Assembly: GCA_964199315.1 (NCBI GenBank) | Contig: OZ116698.1 | Location: 6,634,001 to 6,698,000, forward strand | DNA: 64,000 nt | Direction of reading: 5' to 3' | Source: Orbicella franksi | Taxonomy: Eukaryota | Part shown: one piece after another, positions 61,127 to 64,000 of the stretch | Position numbering within the stretch: the stretch's first letter is position 1 | Layout: the number at the start of each line of letters is the position of its first letter | Translations under genes and position numbers: made by a program | The notes under the pieces: generated by a model | The model's database searches: none | The model's input: only the letters and a program-made list of their open reading frames with translations | What the model was told of the DNA's origin: nothing

Positions 61127-63910
61127 TGTAACACCAGTGCAAAAAGTGTAACACCGGTGCAAAAAGTGTAACACCAGTGCAAATTACACGTCGTAATTCT
61201 GAATTATGATTGGCTGAAAGACAATAGGAAATTTTCTAAGCCAATGATATCACATAAAATGATGATGACAATTTTGTGCGGAAACTTTGAAAAACGTTTT
61301 CACGAATGAGAAAACATGGCTTCAACAAAAATCTTCCTGTACTTCCTCCACGCGAATCAAGAACATGGACAACAACGAACAGAAATACAATGTAACAACA
61401 ATAACAGACAGAAAAACAACAACAACAACAGCAACAACAGCTACAGCAACGATTAGCACTACATGGGAATCTCACATTCGATGCATCAAGCTGTTTCTTT
61501 ATCACAAGCCAGCAGTCTGTGCCTTTATTGTGTGACACCTCCATGATGTTATCTCCCAGGTCCCTCCTCACCATTTGACGGTAGCTGTTGTTAACCTACA
61601 AGTATAAAATTGGAAAGTTTTACGCCATCTCCTCGGAACTAGACAAGGAGGTAGTAGTTACTGAATTGTCCTCAATTGACAAAGACTGCACAAATTTATT
61701 GTATTTACCCCGGTGTATCAACTTTAAAGTTTTGTCTGTTAGGTCTTTCAACTTGCCAAACAAAGTGGTATGACTTATTTTCTCTTTCCAGCCTCACTTC
61801 TTACCTTATCTTGTATGAAGATTCCTCTCAAACGATGCAGAAATAGCAGAAGCGAAGGATGGACGTCACGGAATCTGGCGGCGAGTGAGGACTTCTGGAT
61901 ACCTTGATGTTCCTCTTTCAGTGGCAAAACAATACGAGTTGGCCAGCTGCCGAGAAAAAAAAAAAACGAACTTCCTTACTAGCTATCTCGCTTGCTCACC
62001 AGATGTGATGCACTTACGACAGCAAAAAAGGATTAGTTAAAAAAAAAAAAAATAATAATAATAAAAAAAAAAAAAAAAAAAAAAACTCAACGTGAAATTC
62101 GTCGTGAGGTCACGAATTTTTCTATAGAATCCAAGTTTACCTGCCAAATTCCTCTCCAACACTGTCAGGTACTTCATGATCAGTATCACCCTCTCCAGTG
62201 TCTTCAAGTCCGTCGTCTTCGTGTTCTGATGTATCGTTATCTGGACACTTCTCTTCAATCCACTGGGGTAGTATGTAGCCAACAGGACCGCTTTTGGCGT
62301 CAAAACGAATGTGATAACCATTGGAATGGACTTCCGGACTATCACTGACCCGGAAAACCGACTTGAAACCGATGCCTTTTTGCCCTAAAACAGCCCATAG
62401 AATTTCAGTTTAACCACGAGTCATAAAAAGCTAAATTCGTCTTAAAACAACACACACAAAGATTATGTGCCAGCAAATATTGTGTTTGATAAATATGGAA
62501 TAGCGAAACCAAAGGAAATTACAAGGAAACTAAAAGGACTTGCAAACTGACACAACAAGTCTCCATATTGTGTCTGTATTTTAGACTTCGTTTGCCGTTG
62601 ACTTGCTTTCTTGTCCACAAAGGTTCGAACCTTCATTATAGAAATCTGCTGTGCGAGGTGAGTGCAGGCGCAAAGTCAAATCCCTGCGCCTGCTTTCACA
62701 TCGCTCTTCTTTGAGAGCAGAGAGATGCAAGCCCGTACACTGCATATCAAAATTTCAGACTGAAAAACAACAATGACTGAAAAACACGTTTATCTCTCAC
62801 GACGACGAATGTGATTGCTTCGTAAGATTTCGAATAAGACCATTTAGTGGTTGTCGCGTTCCCCCAGCCTGTAATTAGTCTTATTCCGTCGGCTTTCAGT
62901 CACAATTTGGACATTTTCTTCGTCGAGGCGAGTACCGGCCAATAGACCATTTTCGCATTCTCGGTATTGGACTGGAACTAACCTGCAATAGAGGCTTATG
63001 CGGGGGAATATCATTAAAAAGCGACAAATGTCATTTGCATTTGAAAAGACTCCCCGCATTAGCCTCACTTGCAAGCTAGTTCCAGTCCAATACCGAGAAT
63101 ACGAATATGGTCTAAAAAGGAAACTAAGCTAGAACTAGGTATTGCATAAAATAAAAGTACGACTACAAACCAATATATCCATATCGATGGGCTCCTTTGG
63201 TACTCCTGCCAACATCACATAACGCGCGGATATTCTTCTCCACAAATCCAACTTCGTTGTTCAGTACCACAATCTTGTCCCGTTCAAGGACAAAAACGAG
63301 GGACGGGAATTCCGCGCCCGTGCACTGCTCGGGATAGCAGTTATCGTCCGCATTCTGGACAAGTTCCAGCACAAAGTGCGTGTCCCTGGTGTACAGCTCC
63401 GTGGACAGCCGATGTAAGCCACGCCCTTCACGTTCTCGCTGTCTCTGAACGAGTTTGGACTCCTCTTCTCCGAGCTCTAGCCCGATTCCAAAATCCTCTC
63501 GACGAATTTGCTCGATGACTGCCCTGCATTCCTCTTCTTGTTCTGTGGATTGTGGTGGGGATTTGTCTGCAGTGTCTGAAGTTACTGCTGGCGTGAAACA
63601 ATGAGATACTCTGTGATTAGCTTTCAGGCTAAGGGATTACAAGCGATGTGTATTGAATCACTGCAAATTATGTGAACACAGTTTGACCAAAAGTTCATTA
63701 ATATAGAGACAAACTAATAATCTAACGAAATACGTGTATTGAAGACGGCTTGTACAAGAGAACAAAGGAAGTCGGGAATCAAGAACGAGACAAAAGGGTA
63801 AACATGCGATTAAACGAAAATGTAATGATACCTTCCTCATCTTCATTGATATTAGCACTGTCTTCAATCAGAATGTCTGTCACGACATTTTCCTGCTCGT
63901 TTGAAGAAAT
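53214..63910 (-). CDS. Gene D (5'-partial): NO VEIN/sacsin-like GHKL ATPase with C-terminal DUF3883-type nuclease-fold domain
   Basis: 12 phase-consistent exons totalling 5484 nt (1827 aa + stop). GHKL motifs ELVQNADD, NNEVGF, IGQKGIGFKSVF; C-terminal GRWGE..PYDI..FVEVKT..FELS..YRV. Confidence 0.88.
56580..56734 (-). CDS. Gene D exon
   Basis: 155 nt, phase 1-0; ISWTLLDESYL..WKAFLTELGV..RDSM. Confidence 0.83.
57081..57282 (-). CDS. Gene D exon
   Basis: 202 nt, phase 0-1; VKSNEVLRSYL..ILTNKG..IYFTPKYGN..HLP. Confidence 0.85.
57757..57959 (-). CDS. Gene D exon
   Basis: 203 nt, phase 1-0; AKSQEQTCFTVLERDL..LLRRLGV..HIIPTFKSGKWK. Confidence 0.85.
58270..58951 (-). CDS. Gene D exon
   Basis: 682 nt, phase 0-1; DHSSFSGLSSVASYFQFVPL..IPLTDGSFV..PKKTK. 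Confidence 0.88.
59652..59834 (-). CDS. Gene D exon
   Basis: 183 nt, phase 0-0; QNVFAYLPLRSYGFRFIIQGDFEVPSSREDV..WNQWL. Confidence 0.88.
60140..60232 (-). CDS. Gene D exon
   Basis: 93 nt, phase 0-0; MKEDVEMTELAMAFPL..KRHQ. Confidence 0.78.
60597..61035. mobile_element. MITE with CCGTAAA termini (Tc1/mariner-like)
   Basis: ccgtaaatcctc / gaggttttacgg-ta; internal ggggcgcttattcga repeats at both ends. Confidence 0.65.
61123..61183 (+). repeat. 21-bp tandem repeat x3
   Basis: aagtgtaacaccagtgcaaaa units. Confidence 0.8.
61476..61595 (-). CDS. Gene D exon
   Basis: 120 nt, phase 0-0; VNNSYRQMVRRDLGDNIMEVSH..WLVIKKQLDASN. Confidence 0.8.
61805..61946 (-). CDS. Gene D exon
   Basis: 142 nt, phase 2-0; WPTRIVLPLK..FRDVHPSLLLFLHRLR. 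Confidence 0.85.
62141..62384 (-). CDS. Gene D exon (GHKL motif III)
   Basis: 244 nt, phase 1-2; QKGIGFKSVFRVSDSPEVHSNGYHIRFD..GYILPQW. Confidence 0.88.
62941..63116. mobile_element. Foldback MITE with AATAGACC terminus
   Basis: tagaccattttcgcattctcggtattggactggaact / agttccagtccaataccgagaatacgaatatggtcta. Confidence 0.72.
63171..63587 (-). CDS. Gene D exon (GHKL motif I/II)
   Basis: 417 nt, phase 1-1; ECRAVIEQIRREDFGIG..LHRLSTELYTRDTHFVLELVQNADDN..NNEVGF..ALCDVGRSTK; acceptor position slightly uncertain. Confidence 0.85.
63832..63910 (-). CDS. Gene D exon (acidic linker)
   Basis: 79 nt, phase 0-1; ISSNEQENVVTDILIEDSANINEDEE. Confidence 0.65.
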
Positions 63911-64000
63911 CTGTAAAATTGAACAAATAATAACAAATAATAATAATACTAAAAATTACGACGACATGGTTTTGTAATTACACAGCAGGGATCGCTAAAA

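Overview
Intron-rich eukaryotic DNA, most likely from an anthozoan such as a stony coral (inferred from gene content and repeat families, not verified). I reconstructed four protein-coding genes by hand from AG/GT splice sites and exon phases. Gene A (minus, 35775 to <146, 3' end outside the window) is a giant secreted protein: signal peptide, two WAP-like+CCP+CCP head units, then 52 more CCP/Sushi domains (56 CCP in the window, >=3367 codons). It has one domain per exon, all introns are phase 1, and the exons form higher-order repeat blocks; the architecture resembles LEV-9/Hasp. Gene B (minus, >=41268 to 37886, 5' exons not found) encodes an F5/8 type C (discoidin) domain, two TSP1 repeats and an acidic Gly/Ser/Asp/Tyr tail. 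Gene C (plus, 49182-50446, 2 exons, 370 aa) is a TGF-beta/BMP-family ligand lacking the interchain-disulfide cysteine. Gene D (minus, >=63910 to 53214, 12 exons in the window) is a NO VEIN/sacsin-like GHKL ATPase with a C-terminal DUF3883-type PD-(D/E)XK domain. Introns and intergenic DNA hold many MITEs and foldback elements, tRNA-derived SINE-like repeats and microsatellites. I found no rRNA, genuine tRNA or CRISPR array.
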